NCBI RefSeq assembly: GCF_006345805.1
Contig: NW_021836418.1
Span: forward strand, 1 to 24,275
Reading direction: 5' to 3'
Source of the DNA: Octopus sinensis
Lineage: Eukaryota
Length of the DNA stretch: 24,275 nucleotides
The translations under genes and the position numbers were made by a program. How positions within the stretch are numbered: the first letter of the stretch is position 1; each line of letters starts with the position of its first letter. The notes under the pieces were generated by a model. That model ran no database searches. It was not told where the DNA came from and saw nothing but the letters and a program-made list of their open reading frames with translations. Below are positions 1-9,504 of this stretch, piece after piece.

Positions 1-60
1 GTGGGTGAATTCTCCCCATATATATATATAAAATTGGTTTATTTTCGTACTTTCCCGTTA

Positions 61-120
61 TATATTATCTATATATATATATATATATATAATATATATA
101 TTATATATATATATATTATA
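61..120. repeat. (TA)n microsatellite
   Basis: Directly visible TA dinucleotide run with a few interruptions. Confidence 0.95.
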
Positions 121-397
121 TTGTGTATGGCATATTCTGTTAAGAACGTAGCAGAATACAGTATAAAGACCGTCTATCTTCAGATTTCACCCTGTGCTAT
201 CCAGTTGTAGTATTATATGTACGTTTGGGCATCTGTCGATTGTGAATAGATAACTGAAAAAATCGGAGTCAACAAGAAGGTTGGACATTTATTTTTCAAT
301 TACTCCAATTGTTTCTACACAATGTAGTTCTCCAGTATATATGTATATATGTATTTAGAACTTATATTGTAATACAATAAACTGGATCTGGAAGTTA

Positions 398-829
398 TCT
401 ATATATATTAATAAAAGCAAAATTCTGTCTGTCCGTCTGGGATCCCTGTACCTCAGCCTACATTTGCCCTACATAGACATATTATACCTTTTTGGAATCA
501 GGATGATCCCGGAATTGAAAATTTGCCCTTCACTTGGTTCTTGAACCTCCAGTATAGGGATCTGATTTAAAAACTTGGCTGATTCAGGCCATCTTGGTTG
601 GCATTTGTTAGACGACGTCAGAGATCAGGAGGGAGATAAATAACATTTGTTTCGTTAACTTTACGTCGAGGTCGAACTTTGGGAATAAATCGCTCAACAG
701 TTGGAATTCAACATGGGCTTGGAACAAACTCTACCGAGACATATAGTCATTATAGACGTATTATAATCATGCTATTTAGCTCTCTTTAATTTGGGGCTGC
801 TGGCCCAATTAGCCCTCGGAAAAAGCTAG
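398..829 (+). mobile_element. Non-autonomous Helitron (432 bp)
   Basis: Begins TC (398-399) after A397 and ends CTAG (826-829) before T830, i.e. A|TC...CTAG|T with no TSD. GC-rich hairpin just upstream of CTAG (gggct 794-798 pairs with agccc 811-815; gggc 794-797 also pairs with gccc 803-806). The 5' end reads tctatatatattaataaaagcaaaattctgtctgtccgtctg, a TCTA-AT-rich-(TCTG)n start typical of animal non-autonomous Helitrons. Confidence 0.7.
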
Positions 830-1730
830 TTTAAAAGTTCGCATGGATTGTGGCTTTTACGCTAGTATTCTAGTAAATTAATATGTGCACAGAAAACGAG
901 CTTCACTTTAGTATCTTAAGACAGGTTAAAAGGAGAGTTATACCAGTCAAGTGACACTAAGCCGATGGGGCTCAACCTTATCAACCACATCAGAAATTAG
1001 ATTACGTTAAAGGAACAGAAGCTATCAGGTGTTGGTGTTAGACCAAACAAGGGACTTAACCTACTCCTCATGTAAACTGTTACGGGATTTAAACTCAGAA
1101 AGCAAAACGGCATTCTGAACAGTTCTGGTCGCATTTAATCTTGGATTGATACTTTTCTCAGTTTATCAAACATGAAAATATGAAAGACAAATAGAAATAA
1201 CGTTATTTGAACATAAAAACCAAAAAACGGAGTAAATTTTGTAAAGCACCCTATCCGATACGTTTATACTTCTGCCAATATGCACAGGATTGGTAGTTTT
1301 TGCATCTAGAAAATAAAGAATTTTTTTTTTTGAAATGTTGGTTTTGGCGGGAATAGAATTGAGTGGAGAGAATCGAAACAAATACTTTGAAGCATTTTCC
1401 CACACGCTCTAATGATTCTTCCAACTCGCCGCTTGCGTCAATAAGAATTATTTTTTCTTCAAAATCTCTTGAATCGGGATTAAAATAGTGATACAACAAC
1501 AATCGAAAGCTAAAGACAACGACCACAATAACAACACGAAGAATACTAGATCACTCGGTTTGCAAGAGACAAGAGCTATATCTTTTACTCAAATTACATT
1601 CAACTATCTTAAGTAACAAAAAAAAAAAAAAGAAAAACACGTTGGATAATATGGTTCTGAGTTCCAAGGATAGAGAAAAATAAATGGAGAGGTCGTGGCT
1701 GGAAACATTGTTCTTTTGGTCAGCTTCATA

Positions 1731-1895
1731 AAGAAAGACAGAAAGAGAGAAAGAAAAGAAAGGAAGGCAGGAAGGAAGGAAGAAAGAAAGAAAGAAAGAA
1801 TGAAAAGAAAGAAAGAAAGAAAGAAAAGACAGAAAGATAGAAAGAACAGCAACAGCAACAATATCAACAACAAAAACAACAACGACGACGATGAT
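1731..1895. repeat. (GAAA)n/(GGAA)n purine tract followed by (AAC)n/(GAC)n trinucleotide repeats
   Basis: Directly visible; explains the K/R/E-rich and N/D-rich ORFs here. Confidence 0.9.
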
Positions 1896-2064
1896 GGCTG
1901 TACAAGATTTAATGTTATTTACGAACCGTCTTACATACACCTACGTCATATACTATTTCTAACGTTCACACACATATATACACCGCATTTGTCTTTCATG
2001 TTGTGAGATAACTCCACTACTAGATAAACACTGACGACTGGCATGGTCCTTTCTGTCTACATAA

Positions 2065-2201
2065 ATGTATATGTATACATGCATATATATATGTATGTGT
2101 GACTGTGTGTATATATATGTATGTGCCTATGCATTTATGTACACAAATTTATATGGACATATATATATACATATATATGAATGTATGTATGTATGTATAT
2201 G

Positions 2202-2253
<52 letters not shown>

Positions 2254-2290
2254 TACATATATATACGTAGGCGTATATATATATACGCCT
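2065..2290. repeat. Compound (TA)n/(TG)n/(TATG)n microsatellite
   Basis: Directly visible. Confidence 0.9.
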
Positions 2291-2295
2291 ATGTA

Positions 2296-2458
2296 GGCGT
2301 AGGAGTGACTGTCTGCTAAGTAGCTTGCTTGCGAACCACATCGTTCCAGGTTCAGTCTCACCGCGTGGCACCTTGGGCAACTGTCTTCTACTACAGCCAC
2401 GGGCCGACCAAAGATTTATGAGAGGATTTGGTAGACGGAAACTGAAAGAAGCCCGTCG

Positions 2459-2491
<33 letters not shown>

Positions 2492-2718
2492 ATGCATATG
2501 GATGCGTGTGTATATATTTGTGTGTTTGTGTTGGTCTCCCCAACATCACTTGACAACCGATGGTGGTGTGTTTACGTCCCCGTAACATTAGTGGTTCCAG
2601 CAAAAGAGACCGATAGAAAAGTACTAGGCTTACAAGGAATAAGTCCTGGGGGCGATTTGCTGGACCAAAGGCGGTGCTCCAGCATGGCCACAGTTACATA
2701 AAACTGAAACAGAGTTAA
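2296..2718 (+). mobile_element. tRNA-derived SINE, family A, copy A1
   Basis: Pol III A/B-box-like head (tgactgtctgctaag ... aggttcagtctc), CORE-like segment caccttgggcaactgtcttct, internal (TA)n/(TG)n at about 2460-2525, and 3' half ending ggcggtgctccagcatggccacag. Colinear with the copies at 6504 and 11414. Confidence 0.85.
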
Positions 2719-2743
2719 ATATATATAGATCTATATATATATC

Positions 2744-2782
<39 letters not shown>

Positions 2783-2783
2783 G

Positions 2784-2882
<99 letters not shown>

Positions 2883-2920
2883 ATATGTAGTGTATATATA
2901 TATATATGTATGTATATATA
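2719..2920. repeat. (TA)n microsatellite
   Basis: Directly visible. Confidence 0.95.
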
Positions 2921-3144
2921 TAAAGTGCTTTGTTCGATTGCTAGTTTTTGTTTCTACTTTTCTCGCTGTACGCAGTCTAGTATAAAGTAATTGGTGTTGC
3001 AATAGTCATCGTCATCAACATCATCATCATCGTCCTCGACGACGACGCCATCATCGGCATCACATTCACTTATTTCTAATCTATTAAATGTTGATAAGAC
3101 ACGACGATAGATATACTCTTGTATATATATAATATATATATATA

Positions 3145-3182
<38 letters not shown>

Positions 3183-3188
3183 CACAAT

Positions 3189-3333
3189 ACACACACACAC
3201 GTATTGCACCTCATACATATATAAGATTGCATGGTGTGTGTTATAGTGAGATATATATATATATATATATATATATCACTATAACACATGCACTCTTATA
3301 TATGTATGAGGTGCAATACGTGTTGTGTGTGTG
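3189..3333. repeat. Inverted duplication with (TA)n centre
   Basis: acacgtattgcacctcatacatatataaga (3197-3226) is the exact reverse complement of 3294-3323. The inner segment gtgttatagtga pairs with tcactataacac around g(AT)n at 3250-3275. Confidence 0.9.
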
Positions 3334-3349
3334 TTACATATATATATAC

Positions 3350-3397
<48 letters not shown>

Positions 3398-3418
3398 CAT
3401 ATAGATAGATAGACATAT

Positions 3419-3467
<49 letters not shown>

Positions 3468-3680
3468 ATAGATAGGTAGATAGACACATAGATAGACAAA
3501 CAGACAGATAGATAGATGAATAGATAGATAGATAGATAGATAGATAGACAGCAGACAGACAGATAGATACATACATACATACATACATACATAATACATA
3601 CATAATACATGCATGCATGCATACGTACGTGTGTCTGTGTGTGTGTATATCTGTCTGTCTGTGCAAGTGTGTACATGTGT
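3334..3680. repeat. Compound (TA)n-(GA)n-(GATA)n-(CATA)n-(TG)n microsatellite
   Basis: Directly visible; source of the YLSI-repeat ORFs. Confidence 0.95.
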
Positions 3681-4039
3681 GAGTTTGTTTCTATGTATAC
3701 ATATATTGGCAGTGGATATTGAGTGTCACTCGGACAGACAGAATCCGACTGACAAACAGATACAAACATACATATATACATTCATACATATAAAAAATAA
3801 ACGCATACATACATTCATTTACATGCACACAAGCGCACACCTTGCAACAAACAGTGGACTACAGACCTCTATTATTTGAGTCGCTTATTGCAGTGCTACG
3901 TAATTCCGTTACTGAGGCTGTGTGTTTGCATAAGCGGCCTTGACGTGGCTGGTGGCACCGTTGCAGACGTGTATTTGTTTTGTTCGTCTTCTATTACGTG
4001 ATGTTATGGCGGTTTGTCTTTGTCGTTGAGTTATTGTGT

Positions 4040-4427
4040 GGAGGCGCAATGGCCCACTGGTTAGGGCAGCGGACTCGCGGTCGGAGGATCGCGGTTTCGA
4101 TTCCCAGACCAGGCATTGTGAGTGTTTATTGAGCGAAAACGCCTAAAAGCTCCACGAGGCTCCGGCAGGGGATGGTTGGTGAACCCTGCTGTACTCTTTC
4201 ACCACAACTTTCTGTCACTCTTTCTTCCTGTTTCTGTTGTACCTGTATTTCAAAGGGCCAGCCTTGTCACAATCTGTGTCACGCTGAATCTCCTCGAGAA
4301 CTACGTTAAGGATACACGTGTCCGTGGAGTGCTCAGCCACTTGCACGTTAATTCCACGAGCAAGCTGTTCCGTTGATCGTATCAGCTGGGACCCTCATCG
4401 TCGCAACCGACGGAGTGCTCTTACTAC
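4040..4427 (+). mobile_element. tRNA-derived SINE, family B, full-length copy B1
   Basis: tRNA-like head ggaggcgcaatggcccactggttag ... ggtttcgattccc and 3' end cgtcgcaaccgacggagtgctc. Flanked by the direct repeat tattgtgtg (4032-4040 and 4428-4436), a TSD. Homologous to the copies at 9119 and 23901. Confidence 0.88.
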
Positions 4428-4537
4428 TATTGTGTGATGGTGGTATGTCGGAAAGGTAATATGATTTTATGGTTGTGTGGGCGTTTCTATTTTCTTCAGG
4501 CTTGTTTTTATTTAACCCTACATCAGAGCTAACAGAT

Positions 4538-5143
4538 AATACCTATTTCTTTACTGCCTACAAGGGGCTAAACACAGAGAGGACAAGCAAGGACAGACAA
4601 ACGGATTAAGTCGATTATATCGACCCCAGTGCGTAACTGCTACTTATTTAATCGACCCCGAAAGGATGAAAGGCAAAGTCGACCTCGGCGGAATTTGAAC
4701 TCAGAACGTAGCGGCAGACGAAATACCCAATTCTTTACTACCCACAAGGAGCTAAACACAGAGAGGACAAACAAGGACAGACAAACGGATTAAGTCGATT
4801 ATATCGACCCCAGTGCGTAACTGGTACTTATTTAATCGACCCCGAAAGGATGAAAGGCAAAGTCGACCTCGGCGGAATTTGAGCTCAGAACGTAGCGGCA
4901 GACGAAATACCTATTTCTTTACTACCCACAAGGGGCTAAACACTGAGAGGACAAACAAGGACAGACAAACGGATTAAGTCGATTATATCGACCCCAGTGC
5001 GTAACTGCTACTTATTTAATCGACCCCGAAAGGATGAAAGGCAAAGTCGACCTCGGCGGAATTTGAGCTCAGAACGTAACGGTAGACGAAATACGGCTAC
5101 GCATTTCGCCCGGCGTGCTAACATTTCGGCCAGCTCGCCGCCT
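4538..5143 (-). mobile_element. tRNA-derived SINE, family C, tandem array 1 (one head plus three 184-bp units)
   Basis: The aatac motif recurs at 4538, 4722, 4906 and 5090 (period 184). A single head sits at 5095-5143. The whole array is flanked by the 19-bp direct repeat gctaacagataatacctat (4528-4546 and 5144-5162). Confidence 0.92.
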
Positions 5144-5251
5144 GCTAACAGATAATACCTATGATCACATAACCTCCATTTCCCTATTTGAAACATAATG
5201 TATTTGGGACAGCTTTATCTAATATATACTTCCATATTTAAGACTATAGAA

Positions 5252-5500
5252 TAGTGATTCTCAATAGGGTCCATACGACCTTTTGTGGTCTATATGACTC
5301 ACTGATGTTCATATTAAATTTTGGGTATATGTAACATTTTGTTGCTAAAAATTATGTACAACAAATTGGTTATAATTCTAAGATACTAAAATATTTTAAC
5401 AATTTTATTATACAATTACTAATGATATTTAATTATAAAAAGATAATAGGACTTTTGTAAAACATCGAATGTGGGACCGCCCGACTAAAATTGAGATTGA
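5252..5500 (+). mobile_element. Possible decayed hAT (Charlie-like) MITE
   Basis: Starts tagtgattctcaatagggtcc, resembling cagtggttctcaa-type hAT termini. Only a weak right end (ttgaga at 5491-5496) and no 8-bp TSD seen. Confidence 0.3.
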
Positions 5501-5604
5501 AGGGGTTTAATATAAAAATGTCTGCAACTGAATATAATTTTAAAAGGATGTGTCTAATATTTCTAGTAAGTCTTATGACGATGAACAGCCTAATTCACTT
5601 GATT

Positions 5605-5906
5605 ATGTGTGTGTGACAGAGAGAGAGAGAGAAAGAGTGGGTGGGAGTGTGTGTGTATGAGAGAGAGATAGGGCGTGTGTGTGTCTGAAAGAGAGAGTAT
5701 TGTGAGTGTTTGTGTATGTGTGAGAGAGAGAGAGTGAGTGTATGTATATGTGAGAGAAAAGAATGTGTGTTTGAGAGAGAGAGTTGTGTGGGTGGGAGTG
5801 TGTGTGTATGAAAGAGAGACTATGTGTGAGTGTTTGTGTATGTGTATGTATGTGAGAGAGAGAGAGTGTGTGTGTGTATATGTGAGAGAAACAGAATATG
5901 TGTGTG

Positions 5907-5941
<35 letters not shown>

Positions 5942-5995
5942 TGTGTATGTGTGTGTATGTGTGTGCCTGTGTCTGTTTCTCTGTGTGTCGTGTAC
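5605..5995. repeat. Mixed (GT)n/(GA)n microsatellite
   Basis: Directly visible. Confidence 0.9.
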
Positions 5996-6503
5996 GTAAT
6001 GGCGGGGCGTGAATGTGGAAGATCCAACTTGCTGGGATTAGGCGAAAATTAGACTTTATTTTACCACCTGCATCCGAAAAAGGGGCTGTGCCCAATCTTT
6101 TCGCCTATCGACTTGGCCACGAAGAATGATGCAATTAATGTTCCTTTTGAAACTTTGAATTCAACACCGGCGGGATAGAGATGAGCTGCGAGAGAATTTC
6201 AAAGGAAGGACGATACTTTGGATAAGGTTGACTGGGAAGAGTGATTAGTCATGTAACTTCGGGTTGTGACACAACGTGGCTTTATAGGGAATACATGAGG
6301 GGAAGTGACATCACACTAATCAGTACCGAAGTGCACACAACATTATTATTGCTGTAGAAAATGCAAAGAGATGTGACAGCCGTGGTCGGTAATAAGCCAA
6401 AAAAGTCAAAGAAAAAAGTCACAATTTTGTCTAGGAAAGAAAGTCAGGTGATCAAACAAAAATATTCAGTTCAGTCACAATTTATTAAAACAACACAAAC
6501 AAA

Positions 6504-6668
6504 GGTGCAGGAGTGGCTGTGTGGTAAGTAGCTTGCTTTCCAACCACATGGTTTCGGGTTCAGACCCACTGCGTGGCATCTTGGGCAAGTGTCTTCTGCT
6601 ATAGCCTCGGGCCGACCAATGCCTTGTGAGTGGATTTGGTAGACGGAAACTGAAAGAAGCCTGTCGTA

Positions 6669-6724
<56 letters not shown>

Positions 6725-6970
6725 GTGTGTGCTGTGTGTGGTGTATGTTTGTGTGTCAGTGTTTGTCCCCCCCCTAGCATTGCTTGACAACCGATGCTGG
6801 TGTATTTATATCCCCGTTACTTAGCGGTTCGGCAAAAAGAGACCGATATAATAAGTACTGGGCTTACAAAAAGAATAAGTACCGTGGTCGATTTGCTCGA
6901 CTAAAGGCGGTGCTCCAGCATGGCCGCAGTCAAATGACTGAAACAAGTAAAAGAGAAAGAGAGAGTAAAA
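6504..6970 (+). mobile_element. SINE family A, full-length copy A2
   Basis: Head ggtgcaggagtggctgtgtggtaag (A box) and gggttcagaccc (B box), CORE-like tcttgggcaagtgtcttct, internal (TA)n(TG)n at about 6667-6760, tail gaaacaagtaaaagagaaagagagagtaaaa. Confidence 0.9.
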
Positions 6971-7129
6971 TGTAATAAAGCAGAAAATATTTTAAATCAG
7001 TTACTAACTGGAAATACATGACTTGTACATATTGATAACACTGTTTATATATAATGGCATTACATGTGACTTTTTTCTCCCTGACATATTTTCCTTTGAC
7101 TTTTATACCTGTGACCTCTTTACCTGGAT

Positions 7130-7800
7130 TCGTGACAGCATACTTTGGAGACAGAGGCTGGATAGCGTCTGAAAGTGACTTATTTCAGGCAGTTAGATGG
7201 GTCGTTTATGGATTGTGTATGAGATTTCTCTGCATGCAGCAGTAAGACTGTCCCTGACACAAGGGCAATATTCCTTTGTGAGTTTCGATGAATACCAATA
7301 ATTATTGGAAGCTAGAAAATCTGGAATTGAAGAGAAGGGTCAGTCACAGAAATGCGGTCTTAGTTATATCAAGATTGTGATTTGGCTACGAATGAGCCTT
7401 TCTGATAATGAAATCCACAAAAGTAGAATGATTACGAGAACTCCTGGGGTTGCTCATGATCATGGTGATTATATGATGGCTTCTTGATGTAAGTAGAGCT
7501 TACGGAAAGTGTGTTTTTCTATTGTTAAAATGGACAAGATTGAAATATCTTTGTTGGAGGATAGACTCAAGATTTCTATTCATGGTATCAATATGAGTTT
7601 GTTCTTTGGCTGTTTTATTGCGTGTGGTTGATGCATGATCGGCGAAGGCTAAAATAGAATGAAGAATAGTGAAATCTGCGTGAGAGCGTGCGTCGTTGAA
7701 CGCTATGGCAAGTATGTTGTTGATATACAGACGTAGGAAAGGCAAACCAAACCTCAAAGCAGGCTGGAGCTGAAGGAATAGGAGGACAGAAAGAGCTTCG
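7130..7800 (-). pseudogene. Heavily decayed LINE reverse transcriptase fragment (L2/CR1 group, Crack/Daphne-like)
   Basis: Minus-strand translation with stops and frameshifts gives LYINNILAIAFNDARSHADFTILHS (degenerate YINDL...SYADD), then MNRNLESILQQRYFNLVHFNNRKTHF (cf. LNxDLxxIxxWxxxNLVxFNxxKTQ), then *PNHNLDITKTAFL*LTLLFNSRFSSFQ*LL and INDPS. These occur in the order expected for the RT thumb region. Clade assignment is from motif memory. Confidence 0.65.
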
Positions 7801-8239
7801 CCAACATGGCCATTTTACTATATCTCAAGAAGTTTATGATTCAATAAAAGATGAGTGGTGCCCATAAGCGGGTAGTGATAGCCTTTTGAATATTATTCAT
7901 ATACAATGAAAGAATAACCGATAAGGAAAGGAGAAGAGGGGAACTGAAGAATAGGAGAGGCAAGTGATAGATAGAGAGAGAGAGAGAGAGCGAGGAGAAA
8001 GAGAGGGAGAAGAGGAAATGGAAATGAAAAGAAGTCAGTGAGGTGAATGTTTTGTGGATGAGAAACTCAGTGATTTAATTTGAAATAAGAAAGTATATAA
8101 CATAGGAAAGAGAAAACTGTGGTGACATTGTTGGAGCATGTTACTATTGAGTAGACTCTGGTGGTCAATCCTGTTCAAAGGGACTTTCTCAAACACAGGT
8201 TAACCGTGACCATCTCATCTTTTGTTCTTCTTTCTGCAG

Positions 8240-8335
8240 GAAACTTTGGACGGTGAAGTACCCGCCAAAAAACGCGACAGGATGATAAAGGGAAGCAGAG
8301 AAAATGATTGTATGGAGAATGCCAGATTAACATAG
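8240..8335 (+). CDS. Candidate terminal coding exon (ETLDGEVPAKKRDRMIKGSRENDCMENARLT*)
   Basis: Strong splice-acceptor context tttgttcttctttctgcag|G, then 31 open codons to TAG and a unique AT-rich downstream region. No homology recognised and no partner exon found. Confidence 0.22.
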   Translation, partial: ETLDGEVPAKKRDRMIKGSRENDCMENARLT

Positions 8336-9118
8336 AAGCATGAGTAACATATATATATAACGTAGCGGTGGTGAGGTTTATGGCCCTCAATTATCCATTG
8401 ACCCTAATTTTATGTTTTATATCTTTAGTACTATATTGCGTTCAACAATAGATGAGTTTTAATATTGATCCAATATTTGGAATACTTACATCTCAGGCCC
8501 CATATATTTGAATTAAACATATTGCAATAATCAAATTAAATGACAACGTTGATTGGAGCAGAATTTTAATTAACTGACTGGTCATTGTATTTCTCTGTTT
8601 TGTTGCATTTAACTCATCATACAATATAAATTCAGCTTAATTGTTACTTCTCTCATAAATGAGATCGTTTGAATGAATCCGACAGTTGTTACTAATATGC
8701 TGTAAACACTTGTAATGCTAACCTTCTCCATTAAATCAAATCGTAATTTTTGAACGGGTAAGAAACATTTTATTGTGAATAATTTCTACTTTAACCTTTT
8801 GCCGTTCGCTCAAATAGCAAGTCAAGTTTAAATCAATAGAGTGACATTTCCATCTTTAGACCGCACAAATGAATTTAACATTATATTCGGGTTGTATATC
8901 AAGAGACAATATTTAACTTCTTATCGTAGATGTTTCGGTAGCCACGCTATATATTACTCAATTCGTGTAATGTAGCATTTAATGTTTGTGTTTTAATGTT
9001 AGGCTCTCAAAGAAATAATTAAGTATATGGAGTTTAGCGCTACTACACAAACTACCAACAAAAATTTATAAATTATCAGTTTCTAATCAGTCACAGTCAA
9101 CTATGGCCCATGGGATAT

Positions 9119-9504
9119 GGAATGGAAGCACTCCGTCGGTTACGACGATGAGGGTTCCGGTTGATCCGAATCAACGGAACAGCCCGCTCGTGAAATTAAC
9201 GTGTAAGTGGCTGAGCACTCCACAGACACAGGGGGATATTCAGACACAGGGGGATATTCAGCGTGACACAGAGAACGACAAGGCCGGCCCCTTGAAATGC
9301 AGGTACAACAGAAACAGGAAGTAAGAGTGAGAGAAAGTTGTGGTGAAAGAGTACAGCAGGGATCACCACCATCCCCTGCCGGAGCCTCGTGGAGCTTTTA
9401 GGTGTTTTCGCTCAATAAACACTCACAACGCCCGGTCTGGGAATCAAAACCACGATCCTATGACCGCGAGTCCGCTGCCCTAACCACTGGGCCATTGCGC
9501 CTCC
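9119..9504 (-). mobile_element. SINE family B, full-length copy B2
   Basis: Reverse complement of B1 with an intact A box (tggcccagtggttag) and a (TTCCA)n-type tail. TSD catgggatat at 9109-9118 and 9509-9518. Internal 18-bp tandem duplication at 9223-9258. Confidence 0.88.

Noticed and set aside
2325-2701. Recurrent peptides such as [36 protein letters not shown] and LAEMLARRAKC
   Set aside because: They recur only because they are read through SINE families A, B and C; they are not protein domains.
4040-4112. Apparent tRNA genes at SINE heads (also 6504, 9430-9504, 20881)
   Set aside because: A and B boxes are present, but each continues into a SINE body and lacks a proper acceptor stem and terminator.
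4538-5143. CRISPR-like or satellite interpretation of the periodic arrays
   Set aside because: The units are whole 184-191-bp SINE bodies with no unique spacers, in a eukaryotic context.
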